Part shown: in pieces, positions 39,920 to 52,590 of the stretch
Layout of the letters: each line of letters starts with the position of its first letter
How positions within the stretch are numbered: position 1 is the first letter of the stretch
From: Octopus sinensis
Lineage: Eukaryota
Length of the DNA: 64,000 bases
Assembly (NCBI RefSeq): GCF_006345805.1
Contig: NC_043010.1
Location: forward strand, 22,630,001 to 22,694,000
Reading direction: 5' to 3'
Notes under the pieces: model-generated
Seen by the model: the letters and a program-made list of their open reading frames with translations, nothing else
Told to the model about the DNA's origin: nothing
Databases searched by the model: none
Position numbers and translations under genes: made by a program

Positions 39920-40440
39920 GACATAACACAGAAAGCATGTTCTATCCGTTTTCTTTAGGGGACCAAAAACGTAACAAAATTTAGTCACATGTGGGCATGA
40001 TCCGAAAAGCTCTGTCCTTGTATTTAGACATGTGGTAGGGTCTAAGCTGCTTTTCCAGATAAGCCATCTCTCCATGTCGCATAAACCGCACCTTCCGCTG
40101 CCGTTAGTATAGGGCTTACATCTGGCCAAAATCTTCATTGTATTTATAATCGACACCTTTATCTCTTAAAGACCAAATATGATTGGATAATTGTGTCGCT
40201 TTTCTTTTTCCAGTGCCTAAAGCTCAAAGTGTGGTTATTGAACCTGGCCTTGAAATTACCCTCTGTCAGGCCCACGTATTTCTTCGTCGAAACGGTGTCT
40301 TTAGTGGTTATAGAGTTTACGGTAGCTTCATATATGATGGTCTTGGACATGCAAGCTCCATTTAGCGGGCACAATTCTTTATTCCTGCATGAACAGCTGT
40401 TTTCTTCTTGTGTTTTTTGTATGTTATGATTGATTATGTT
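39920..40440 (-). pseudogene. GIY-YIG endonuclease domain of a PLE, two frameshifts
   Basis: CSCRNKELCPLNGAC (CxCx5Cx5C), IIYEATV...KYVGLTEGNFKARFNNH, then ATQLSNHIWSLRDK, then KILARCKPYTNGSGRCGLCDMERWLI...LNTRTELFGSCPH. GIY/YIG, Arg, Glu and Asn positions are recognisable. Confidence 0.88.
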
Positions 40441-40679
40441 TTTAAAATTGGTAGTTGAACTAAAACTAATTTTTAAATTGTGTCTATTAAAGAGTTTCCT
40501 ATAAGCATGGTTAACTGGAAAATGTCTATCTATCAGTGCTATATGTTTTTATGTATTTTTATATAATTTTTATGACGAAAAATGCGAGCGATGTATAAGT
40601 ACGCAGGCAAAGCAGAGTTATAACAGAGTAATTTCCCTTCATTTTTAACGGTATTTTTTCATAACGTTTTCAAATAGCC

Positions 40680-40742
40680 AGATAACCGAAGAGATGGTGT
40701 TGTGGATTTCCACTTCGGCATCTGAAACTCAGAGTTTTATCT
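40680..40742 (+). ncRNA. Variant hammerhead in the inverted 5' pLTR
   Basis: AGAUAA-CCGAAGA-GAUG...CAUC-U-GAAA-CUC[A]GAG-UU-UUAUCU. Stem I is a perfect 6 bp. Confidence 0.55.
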
Positions 40743-40967
40743 TGACTACCGAGTAATGTAACATATTGTATAGATATAATATATATATATATATATTATA
40801 TTATATATATATATATATATATATATGCATACATATACACTTATAAATATATGTATATCTATTTACATATATTTGTACACATATATGTACATATACTTAC
40901 ATACAAACATACACATTCATACATATGTATGTATATATGTATGTATGTATGCATATATGTATGTATG

Positions 40968-41001
<34 letters not shown>

Positions 41002-41118
41002 TGTATGTATGTATGTGTGTGTTTGTATATATATATATTATATATATATATATATATAAACTCTAAAATGTTCAAAACATTAAAACAGCTATGAAATATA
41101 CACACTTATGTATGTATG

Positions 41119-41149
<31 letters not shown>

Positions 41150-42017
41150 TGTATGTATGTATGTATGTAGACGGTCTTAAAATGCACTTTGAAATGCTTG
41201 TTAGGAGCGCGGACGCTTCCCGGGATTATCTGCTATCGACTTAGATTTCGCATTAAAGTAAACCTCAGGGGAAACACACTGCAAAATTGTGTATGATCCC
41301 CCATTAAAGAACCAAATATAAAAGATTCTTAATGTTCAACGGTTGGCCCCGTGGAAAGCAACTCTATATTTGGAGAACAATAAAATACTTTCTCACAACG
41401 CTAATAAAATGGACGCCATGGCGTAGCGTTGCATTAACGTCATAGCAACCACACAAACACACACATACATATATGCGCACACACAAACAGGCACAGACAC
41501 ACATAGGTTTCCATGTATGTATATGCGTCCGTATATATATCTGTGTGCGTGCATGTGTGTGTATGTGTGTACATAAACAAATATATTCATACACACATTC
41601 ATATATATATATATATATATATATATGGAAAAAATATATATATATATATATCCAAAATTTAATTGTTTTCCATACTTACAGTTGAAAAAGTGTCAATGGC
41701 GGAAACCAGTACTAAAATGTTTTTTATAAAATTACTTTAGCATTTTCTACCTTGAATTTTTTCCATATATATATATCAACTCGTGTGTTCCTTTTCAACC
41801 TTCAACACACACGCATATGCACAGACACACATACATACATGCACACACACACACGCACACACACACACACGCACACGCACGCACACACACATATTCACAT
41901 ATGCGTTTGATACGCATCTTCTACGAAATTGCACGCTGTTGAGTCACGTATGTAACTTCTTAGCTGAGATATATGTGAGCGTTTGCGTATGAGCTTGTGC
42001 GTGTATTTATGCACATG

Positions 42018-42062
<45 letters not shown>

Positions 42063-42295
42063 TATATATATATTATATATATATATATATTTACATATAG
42101 ACATATATATATATACATACATGCATACAGAAAATAATTGTGTACACACACGCGCGCGCACGCACAGATACAAACAAGCACAGATATATTGCAAAAGCTA
42201 TTTCTAATAATCACGGATTATGTTATCAACCGGTTATTGCTATCAAAATGGCTTCATTCCAAAGCGATCACAATACACTGTTCCCACTGTGCGCC

Positions 42296-42326
<31 letters not shown>

Positions 42327-43269
42327 ATTTGTGTGCATAAATGTATGCGTTTGTGCATGTATTTAAACGTGTGTGTAGTCGAATATATATATATATATAC
42401 AGCAAGATATATCGATTGTTGTTCATACAATTTTATAAGTACGTGTGTGTGTTTGTCCTGATACGCAAGTCATTATTGCTTCTTTGGATGTATATAGGAC
42501 TGCAGAGGTCAAATGTACAACGCTAATGCCCCAATTGTCGAAGATATTCCGTTTGTTTGTTTGTTTTTTAAGCCTTAAAACCGTGTATTATGTTTGTAGT
42601 TACGAAACGACTATTCCTGTGTGTTTGTAGTAAACAGTCAACTTAGTATATACCAACAGTGATCTCATAATGGCTACACTATAATGGAGCTACGATAATG
42701 GACATATATATATTTATATATATATATATATTTATATATCATATAAATGTTTGGTATGATAATGGCGCGTTGTGTTAACGTTACTAAACAACAGCCGCCA
42801 TTTGCAGTCGGGGAGAACTCGGTAGAATCGTTTGCCGTGGTTTGTCTAGCAGTCTTTGATGTCTTTGTAGTCTCAAGTAGATACATACACACTTATAACG
42901 CCCCGGCTACTGATCCAGTAGAGCATCCATGATGCGACAGCCAGACGAAAAAACGAGATGGACCAATACAACACAAGGCTGGAATGTTCATTATTAGAAC
43001 TGAAGAAGATATTCCCAATTCTGTCAGTTATTTCGTTGTAGATATCTTTTGATTTATAAATATTGCCATACACGCACCCACATATACACAGACAATACGC
43101 GTGTGCGTGGGGGAGCGATCAGAGATGAAAGAGAGTGATTCTCATACTATTTCATTCAACGTACGATGGTTGATAACGCTAAGCGGCTCACCGCAAGTAA
43201 ATTACCAAATAGGAACAATGATGTTTTCTACTTGGGCCTTTTGGTTTTAAATTGCGACCAGCCACTTTG

Positions 43270-43305
<36 letters not shown>

Positions 43306-43361
43306 TAATTATGCTGGATAGAGGTGGTCAGACAGGAGAGCTATATATATATATATATATA

Positions 43362-44204
43362 TTGGGTCGTCCAATAAATAATGCGTTTTTTTATACTTTT
43401 TTTCATTTTTCTAAGTTAAGATAAACAAAGCTCTCTTTTAATCTAAAATACACTCTCCTTCATTTTCTATATTTCTCTTCCATCGATCTGATAGACTTGC
43501 ATGGCTCCTCTTCCAAAATTCACTTGTCCGTGACAAAAACTACTCCTCCAATACTGTTTTGACCTTGTCAACAGAATTCATATTTTTCCGTCCAAATGAT
43601 TTTGAAAACTAAATGATAATCAGATGGGGCAACGTCCGGCGAATATGGTGCGTGGGGCATCGTTTCCCATTCAAACTTCTCCAGCCTTTGGAATATTATC
43701 CTCGCTGTATGTGGCAGAGTATTATCCTGATGGAAGAACACCTTTCGTCTTGCAGCAGTTTCGATTTTGGATTTTGTTCCAGGACGTTCCAGGTTTGCAG
43801 GACGTCCTCACCCAGTTCTACAGATCTTCCAGAACGAGGTTCGTCTTCTAGGCTGTAGTTTCTGGCACGGAATTTCAGGAACCACCGTTGACACTGGCTT
43901 ACACTTATTGTCCGATCCCCATATACTACATTAATATTCCTCACACTTTCCGTTGCATTGTTGCCTTTATTGAACTCATAAAGGAAAATATGCCGAATAT
44001 ACTCCTTTGTCACTTCCATTGTAGCTTTGAAAAAAATAACTGTTAAAATCGAACTGCACTCCTCAAAACTTGCACTAAGAATAAGGACAGGGTAAAACTA
44101 CTACCTGCATTTATAACAAGTTGATGCAGGTAATTTATACCGTAGCCCCTCCGGATTTTAGTTCATGCAATTGAAAAATCCGAATTTTTTATAGGAAGAC
44201 CCAA
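43362..44204 (-). mobile_element. Tc1/mariner (mariner-type) transposon, internally deleted, 843 bp
   Basis: TIRs TTGGGTCGTCCAATAAATAATGCG / CGAATTTTTTATAGGAAGACCCAA with TA on both sides. N-terminal HTH MEVTKEYIRHIFLYEFNKG...WFLKFRARNYSLEDEPRSGR is joined to a frameshifted C-terminal part (HPPYSPDLAPSDY-like region near 43610-43690). The DD34D core is largely missing. Confidence 0.92.
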
Positions 44205-44241
44205 TATATATATATATTGAATACACATACACACAGAGAGA

Positions 44242-44590
44242 GGCGTAGCTGTGTAATGAGAAGTTTACTTCCCAACCGCATGGTTCCGGGTTCACTCCCA
44301 CTGCGTGGCACCTTGGACAAGTGTCTTCTACTATAGCCTCGGGATTGACCAAAGCCTTATGGGTGTAATTGGTAGATGGAAACTGAAAGAAGCCCATCGT
44401 ATATATATATACGTGTGTGTGTGCATCTTTCTGTATTTGTCAACCCCACCACCACCACCGCTTGATAATCAATGTTGGTGTGTTTACGTCCCCTTAACTT
44501 GGTGGTTCAGCAAAAAAGACTGATAGAATATATACCGGTCTTTGCGGGCTGGGCTCGATTCGTTGGACTAAAATTCTTCAAGACAGTGCA
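44242..44590 (+). mobile_element. SINE family B, near full length
   Basis: Head through the central microsatellite to a diverged tail. Confidence 0.88.
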
Positions 44591-44751
44591 GCTCTCTGAG
44601 GCCGGTAAAAAAGTAAGAGATAAATAGCTAATATATAACGGCCGAGACTTCGGTTTCACTATGTTAGGTCGCCGTATAGTTGTGTGGAGAGAGACACCAA
44701 CACTGCGCTTTCAGCGTTCTACCAGTGGAACATTTGCGATAGACACGCCTT

Positions 44752-45152
44752 CTTTTATTCTTTTACTTGTTTCAATCATTTGACTGCGGCCATGCTGGAG
44801 CACCGCCTTTAGATGAGCGAATCGACCCCAGGACTTATTCTTTGTAAGCCTAGTACTTATTCTATCGGTCGCTTTTGCCGAAACGCTAAGTTACGGAGAC
44901 GTAAACATTACAGCTTCCGTTGTCAAGCGATGGTGGGGTCACACACATACACACAAACGCACACACAGAGACACATACACACGCACACACACATATTTAT
45001 ATAAACGACGGGCTTCATTCAGTTTCTGTCTACAAAATTCACTCACAAGGCTTTGGTCGGCCCGAGGCTTTTGTAGAAGACACTTGCCCAAGGTGCCATG
45101 CAGTGGGACCGAACCCGGAACCATGTGATTGGGAACCAAACTTCTTACCACA
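44752..45152 (-). mobile_element. SINE family B, full length, inverted relative to the previous copy
   Basis: High-identity reverse-complement copy. Confidence 0.92.
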
Positions 45153-45241
45153 CATTTACTCTTGCGCATACGTCTATACCTACAAACACACGTTCATAAA
45201 CGCGCATATACACAATGTGTGTGTGTGTATGTGTGTGTGTA

Positions 45242-45296
<55 letters not shown>

Positions 45297-46635
45297 TTTC
45301 TTGAATAAGAAAACTCACGCATGTTCGTATCTGTATGTGCTTCCGGGATTGCTTATTGGCCACACACGTGCGCATGCGTGTGTGTGTGTGTGTGTGTGGC
45401 GAACGAGGAAGCATGATGCTGTCTACGAGAAGCTGACTTGTTTATTTGATATTGTACGTGATGAGGAACTGTTTCAACTGGTGTTCCTGCATGACCTGGT
45501 GGGTCACGTCACTTACTCCCACCATTGAATCAACCACCGATCGATCCCTCTTTCCACCTCTCATCTTTCTAGCTGTCATTCCATCCATTCATCTAACCAT
45601 CCATCCATCCGTCCTTCCGTTATTTCCTCTGCTCCCCCAGCCACCATCAATCCTTCCTTCCATCCATCCATCCATCTATCTAAACATTCTTTCATCTATC
45701 CATCCATCCATCCATCCATCCATCCACTCATTCATCCATTCATCTGACCCCTCACCACCACCACCACTACCATCCTTCGCCATCATCTAGTCATCTCTCC
45801 GCAGAGGAACAAAAAAATGAAGGAAAAAAAAGGAAGAAAGAAAGGAGAATAAAGGGCAATGGCGTGTACCGGCGTCCTGTCACAGACAACCCACCAATCA
45901 TCACATCATGGTTGACTGCTGCTCTCACTAACGCTTTATTCAGAACAACCGCCAAAATGCAACCCCACCGACACCATCACCATCGTGACGTTCGCTCTGT
46001 CTTATCTATCTACAGCAGTCCCCATCATAATAGGCAGTCAATACTTTCACCCTCTCACCCCGACCCCTCGCACCAACACTTTAACCCATACATACATACA
46101 TACATACATACATACATACATACATGCATACATACACACACATATATATACGCATACGTATATAAATTATTAAGGTGACTATTCGGCCTATATATATATA
46201 TATATAATGTATACATACATATGTTTATATGCATACACATATATATATAAGCATATATATAAATACATACATACATACATACATCAATAAATATGCATAC
46301 ATACATATGTGTGTATGTGTGTCTGTGTGCGTATGTGTTTGCGTGTGTATGCATGTGTTTGTGTATGTGTGTGTTTGAGTTTGTGTGTATGCATGTGTGC
46401 GCGTGTTTGAGAGTGTGTGTGTGTGTGTATTCAGTGAATGACATCATTATTGTACTGTGTCTTCCTCTCTTTCGAACAAGTACATCAATCTCCTCCCACC
46501 CACCCCCTGTTTTATTTTATATTCTTTTCATTTTTGGCCGTTGTTACACGTTTTAAATGCTTCTATTTTTTATTCTCTTCTATTTGTTTCTTGTTCACGT
46601 CTCTGAGGTTTTACTAATACTCCTGATTTCTTTAC

Positions 46636-46850
46636 CTGGCAGAATCGTTTGCACGCCGGGCGAAATGCTTAGCAGTATTTCGTCTGCCGTTACGTTCTGA
46701 GTTCATATTCCGCCGAGGTCGACTTTGCATTTCATCCTTTCCCGGTTGATTAAATATCTACCAGTTAAGCACCGGGTCGATATCATCGACTTAATCCCTT
46801 TGTCTGTCCTTGTTTGTTCCCTCTAAGTTTAGCCTCCTGTGAGCAATAAA
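46636..46850 (+). mobile_element. SINE family A, tail type 2
   Basis: Head and body of A; tail TTAATCCCTTTGTCTGTCCTTGTTTG...GTGAGCAATAAA. Confidence 0.9.
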
Positions 46851-46879
46851 TATATACTTGTATCCTAACCCTCACACGC

Positions 46880-47080
46880 ACACACATTTGAGTTTTTACT
46901 CACACTTTTGTATCCATACTCACACCTTTGAGTCCTATCTCATGATTTTGCGTCCTTAATCTACATTTGAGTCATACTCACACATCTGAGTCGTTACTCA
47001 CATTTTTGTATCAATAGTAACACCTCTGGGTCTTTACTCATAATTTTGCTTCTTTATTCTACATATGAGTTGTTACACTT
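46880..47080. repeat. ~20-bp minisatellite with two alternating unit types, about 10 units
   Basis: CTCACACATTTGAGTCTTTA-like and CTCACATTTTGTATCCATA-like units, mostly alternating. Confidence 0.75.
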
Positions 47081-47269
47081 CCGTGTTTCTGATCATAGAT
47101 TTGGTGAGGACAGACTTGGAGAAAGATAACAGCATCCAACAATAATCCAGTCTTGTTATTTAATCCTAGGTAATACATGATCCTGTAGACTTAGTGAAAC
47201 AGGAAGCTGGTTGAATGAGGACGTATGATCCAGGGATCCACTGAGCCCAATACAACAGTAAGAGAGTGA

Positions 47270-47790
47270 AGCTATGACTGGTGAGTGAAAGATAGAGGGG
47301 GTTGAGTGAGTGAGGCCAGAAGTGGGTGAGGGAGAGAGTGAGTGAATGGAGTGAAGTGAAGCTGTAATTGGTAAGTGAATAAGTGAGAGTTAAAGCGAGT
47401 GAGACTGAGGCCGGAAGTGAGTGGTTGCATGAGTGGAGCTGTAATTAGGTGAGTGATTGAAAGAAAAATGACTCCAAGTGAGTGAGTGAAGCTGTAATTT
47501 TTTGTGTGTGGGTGACTGAATGAGTGAGTGCGAGAGAAAAAAAGTGAGTGAGTGAGTGAGTGGGTGAAAATTAGCCACTGAATGAATGAAGAAATGAGGA
47601 CTAAAATGAGTCGGTGGGTGATTGAACAAGACATGGAATGAAAAGGAATGATGATTGATTAAATGAGTGAGCGAATAAAAGAACATTGGATTGAATGAGT
47701 AATTGAGTAGGTGAGCGATAGAACGAGTGACTGAGTAAGAGAGCAAGTGAATGAGTCTATGAGTCAGTGAGTCAATGGATGGCAACGAAA
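47270..47790. repeat. Degenerate (GAGT/GAAT)n low-complexity tract
   Basis: Directly visible; source of the THSL-rich ORFs. Confidence 0.85.
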
Positions 47791-48196
47791 ATTTAGCGTG
47801 TACCTTAAAACTATGGCAACTACGATTTCAGAATGTCCGACAGACGGATTGGCCGTAAATTATCGCTTGATGAGAAAACAATCGGTGCTAGAGAAAGAAT
47901 GTTACCAAAATAGAATGCAACATAAATAAATAAATAAAAGACAGCAGACAACAACAACAACAAAGAAACTGGAAGGAACTCTTAGTTAAGGGTCATAGGC
48001 ATATCTGAAGTAGTTGGCTGGCTGGCTGGCTGGCTGCTGGCTGGCTGGCTGGCTGGCTGGTTAAGAGAACATAAAGAGACAGAGCAGGAGGTGGCAGAGG
48101 ATCGGCTGCAATGATAAGCGGAGTTCTCTTATGTACTTAGATAGAAAATAACTATCATTTTCTGCCTCATTAAGCTACACTTTAAAGACGCAGCAG

Positions 48197-48241
<45 letters not shown>

Positions 48242-48576
48242 CTCGCTCTCTCTCACTCTCTCTCACTCTCACTCTCACTCTCTCTCTTTCCATATGAATG
48301 TTTTTTTCCAGCTCCGTTTCTGTCACTTTTTTTTTACTATTTCTTCTTTTTCTTTGTCCTCTTTCTATCCATGTGTCTCTTCCTCTCCCTCCGCTCGCTC
48401 TCTCTCTCTTTATCTATCTCTCAATTTTTTCTTTTCTACACCTTTTTCCTTCCTTCTTTCCTTCCTCCACCCTCGCTTTCTTTATCTCTCTCTCTCTTTC
48501 TCTTTCGTTTTATCGCATGGAATAAAAGAATTACAAACTCTCTTAAATACTTTAGATCGGTTTATCAGATTAACAA

Positions 48577-48629
<53 letters not shown>

Positions 48630-48630
<1 letters not shown>

Positions 48631-48810
48631 TACAGAAAATTGCACTACTAGGCACTGCACACATCCTACGCAGAACACTTTCCATACAATAAGCATCAGA
48701 GCATCACAACAAATCACAGCACATACCCAAGGCACACAGAGCTGCGCTCGGTAGTGAAGTGAAAGCAGCTATAAAAAATAAAACTACTGAATAATAATAA
48801 TAATAATAAT
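48630..48810 (+). mobile_element. 3' end of an RLE-type LINE (R4/Dong-like) inserted in (TAA)n
   Basis: IQKIALLGTAHILRRTLSIQ* matches the C-terminal motif typical of R4/Dong-type elements. About 100-bp 3' UTR, (AAT)n on both sides; Dong elements are known to target TAA repeats. Confidence 0.75.
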
Positions 48811-49399
48811 AAAGATGATGATGCTGATGATATCTGATATTAAATATAACAGCATTGATAATATTTTCTTTATTTATTACAAAGGGCCATAAGATATGGA
48901 ACGTGTTACAAAGAAGGATTAAGAAGGCGTGTGGGGACGCAAACACGCAAACACACACACGCACACACACACACACACAACACACACACACACACACACA
49001 ACAGGTGGGGTGAGAATACGTAAGAAGACAACGTACAATCTTAGCCTACAAATATAGAAACGAAATTCTATTAAGCAGAAATAAGTTCACCCGATTACAC
49101 AGGGATGTGGAGTACAACATGTGCAATATGGAGGGCTCCGAGTACTCTGACCACCTTCGACTCCCATCAACTTCTGCTAAATAGGTGGGTACCCTTGAAA
49201 TAGCCGTAGATAAGGCTATTTGACGTGGTCTTTAATAGCCATATATTATATAGGGTAGCAGCTATCCAATCATATTTTGCATCCCGGACCGGTTTCATCG
49301 AAGATAATCTTTCCATGGAGTGCAGGATAACGTGCTTAACAATTATTTCATATATAGCTGTAATTATATATATGTAGTTTTATATATACATGTATGTAT

Positions 49400-49456
<57 letters not shown>

Positions 49457-49458
<2 letters not shown>

Positions 49459-49701
49459 TCTTTCTTTTACTTGTTTCATTCGTTTGACGGAGGTCATGCT
49501 GGAGCATCGCCTTTAGTCGAAGAAATCGACCCCAGGACATATTCTTTGCAAACCTAGTACTTATTCTATCGTTTTTCTCCGAACCGCTAAGTTACGGGTA
49601 CGTGAGCAGAGGAACATCGGTTGTCAAGCGACGTGGGGAGGATAAACACAGACGCACAAATACACACACACTGACACACACACACACATACACACACACA
49701 T

Positions 49702-49738
<37 letters not shown>

Positions 49739-50259
49739 ATTATATACATATATCACAATCAAGGAATGGCCATAATAGGCCGTTCACCCACTAGAAATAA
49801 CAGCCAAAGCTTCAACCGCAAAATAACATTAATTCCGCAAACCAGGAGAAAATTAAAAAAACATTTACCCTTTTTAATTTTTTTTAATTTTCTCCTGGTT
49901 TGCGGAATTAATGTTATTTTGCGGTTGAAGCTTTGGCTGTTATTTCTAGTGGGTGAATGGCCTATTATGGCCATTCCTTGATTGTGATGTTGAACTTATA
50001 AATGGTCTATGACTATTTAATTTTTTCCCACTAGGCCGCTGGTGGCAAATAAATTCTAAGAAATTTTTTGCCACCCTATATTGATTAATTATATACATAT
50101 ATATATACGACGGGCTTCTTTTAATCTCCGTCTACTAAATCCACTCAGAAGACTTTGGTCGACCCGAGGCTATAGTAGAAGACACTTGCCCAAGATGCCA
50201 CACAGTAGGACTGAACCCGGAACGATGTGGTTGGGAAGCAAGCTTTTTACCATACAACC
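49457..50259 (-). mobile_element. SINE family B split by a nested insertion in its central microsatellite
   Basis: 3' half at 49457-49740 and 5' half at 50105-50259 are colinear and in the same orientation. Confidence 0.88.
49752..50092 (+). mobile_element. Mini fold-back element (pLTR-like) with one-sided tail
   Basis: 110-bp arms at 49752-49861 and 49879-49988, one mismatch, 17-nt loop; tail 49989-50092. Shares motifs with 22240-22597. Confidence 0.88.
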
Positions 50260-50999
50260 ATTTATATAATACATAATATGATACACATATAATGCATGTA
50301 TAATATAATGGTGAAACATCCTTAAAAAAAGAAACAGAATTAAATGAATTTATACTGTCTGTGCGGTCCGGTAGCAATTGATACACGACTCGGTGATCGG
50401 GTAACTTTGATCAAGGCCGTACCTTGATCTCGTACTCTATTTCTTCTTGAGATAGGACAGTTCTTGATTTGTGATTTTATGGTAAGCATTAAACTGGGGC
50501 GACTTCGGGTTTTCATTTGAAAGACAATTACAGAAATGACAGAAACGCTTAAGGATCACATAGAATCGACTATGGGAGAAAATTAACCATGGAAATCAGC
50601 AGTGTGAAATAAAAAGCATATGGAACAACTCGATAGATCGGTGGACTGCTGACTGTGACAGACATGTATAAGAAGAAGTCGACAGAATCTGGACTATCTT
50701 AGCTACCAATGTTAAATGCCCTCTCGCCGAGACAACTATGTTTTCTGAACTATAGAAACAAGTTGAGAGCAGGACAATTCTTACCAAAGCTATACTCACT
50801 TCTCTCTCTCTCTCTCTGGTAGTAGACATGAGTTTCATAAACTACAAAATACAAATAACCACAATACCATACTTGAAGCGTACCTGTTATAACTCGATTT
50901 CAATGTATGTGAAGGTATCCAGAATGTCCAAACTTATTTCTGCAAATGTGCTAAGCACTGATGCTGATCAGTTTAATCAATAAGTGTAGGAGCGAGGAA

Positions 51000-51310
51000 A
51001 ATGCAGTAAAAAAAGGGAGGTCGGCGGGGCCCTATTTGAGCGGCCCTTCAGAAATTGAACCTCCTTACGATACTCCCTGGGAGTTCATGGTATGAAATTC
51101 GTTGCCATTGCTCCGGTTTGTTCGCCAATAACATGTATTTAGTTTGAAATGCAGTAAAAATAGGCGAGGTCAGTAGGGCCCCAATTAGGCGGCCCTTAAA
51201 AAAAATAGATTCCTAAGGACATTCCCTGGGATTAGAGGAGTTGCTGGTTTGAGTTTCGTTGTCCTTGCACATAAAAACGTAACGGACAGAGAAGCATCAT
51301 GACAAATTTA
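51000..51310 (+). repeat. Diverged two-unit tandem repeat, ~148-bp period, probably TE-internal
   Basis: AATGCAGTAAAAA.AGG.GAGGTC.G..GGGCCC..TT.G.CGGCCCTT...TCCCTGGGA at 51000 and 51148. Confidence 0.75.
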
Positions 51311-51912
51311 TAATAGGATAGAGCTAATAAAGTTTGGCAGGTGATAATGGTGTCTTGATGTAGTCGATGATGTATTGTCGTACTTGGAAGTCACTATCAT
51401 CGTTTGCGAATGCCCCCAAAATCCCTAACCCGATATTAAGCTACCAGATATTGTGGTAAAGAATTCTGGACGTCTGCGAAAAATAAAAGAGGAAGGAGAG
51501 GAGGGGGAGGAGAAGAAAGCTAGCATGCGAAATAATGAGAAAATTGGTAGTTTCTTTAAAATACCGAACATACATAAAAATATGTGCACACATAATCACA
51601 CACATACACACACACTCACACACACACACTCGCACGCATACACACTTACATCCATACATGCCTCCTAAATACATATGTGCTTGTTTTATGTGTTAATGGT
51701 TATATTTCTGCACGTGCCGTATCAGCATGAAAAAAGAGAGAGGAAAAAAAAAGAACCTGTTTCGGTGGTTTATTTTGTTTTCTGTGTCATTAGTGTCACA
51801 TGAATGCTAACAAAAACAACATCCTATACTTTGGGATCCAGGGTCTCCTTTGCTGCAAAAGAGAAAGGCCGTACATCAATTACACACACACACACACACA
51901 CAACATATATAT

Positions 51913-51947
<35 letters not shown>

Positions 51948-51952
<5 letters not shown>

Positions 51953-52225
51953 AAATTGAGGTAATCAGATCAGATGGTTCATATTTGTAGATATTTATTT
52001 ATATATTACATTTTTACATATATATCATATCATTCGGATTAGCGCTTGCTCCCATTCTAGTGGGTTGAAAACCCACTAGAATGGAGCAAGCGCTAATCCG
52101 AATGATATGATATATATGTAAAAAATGTAATAATAAATAAATATCTACAAATATGAACCATCTGATCTGATTACCTCAATTTTTCTAATATATAATACCT
52201 GTACATCATCTCCAAACTTCCGATA
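51948..52225 (+). mobile_element. Mini fold-back element with one-sided tail, in (TA)n
   Basis: Arms 51948-52066 and 52070-52187, 3-nt loop, two small differences; tail 52188-52225. Confidence 0.85.
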
Positions 52226-52236
52226 TATATAATATA

Positions 52237-52272
<36 letters not shown>

Positions 52273-52423
52273 TATGTATGTATGTATATGTATAGTATGT
52301 ATGTATATATATACATATATATATATATATATTATATATATTATATATATATATATATAGAGAGAGGAGAGAGAGAGGAGAGAGAGAGGAGAGAGAGAGA
52401 CAGGAGACAGACAGACAGAAAGA

Positions 52424-52590
52424 GAGACGTGGCTGTGTGGTAAGAATTTTGCTTCTCAAGCACGTGGATCCGGGTTCAGTCCCATCGTGTGGCACCTTGG
52501 GCAAGTGTCCTCTACCATAGCCTTAGGACGACCAAAGGTCTGTGAGTGGATTTGGTCGACGGAAACTGAAAGAAGCCCTCCTAGTGTATG
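52424..52590 (+). mobile_element. SINE family B, 5' half
   Basis: GTGGCTGTGTGGTAAG...GGAAACTGAAAGAAGCCC. Confidence 0.87.

Larger units (their letters stand above)
39593..40776 (-). mobile_element. 5'-truncated Penelope-like retroelement with inverted pLTRs and GIY-YIG endonuclease remnant
   Basis: About 235-bp inverted repeats (39657-39890 and 40541-40776), a one-sided 64-bp tail (39593-39656), (TA)n flanks, and an internal endonuclease remnant on the minus strand. Confidence 0.88.

Noticed and set aside
39593-40776. Reading this element as a TIR DNA transposon or MITE
   Set aside because: It encodes a GIY-YIG nuclease rather than a DDE transposase, and the repeats are asymmetric with a one-sided tail, as in PLEs.
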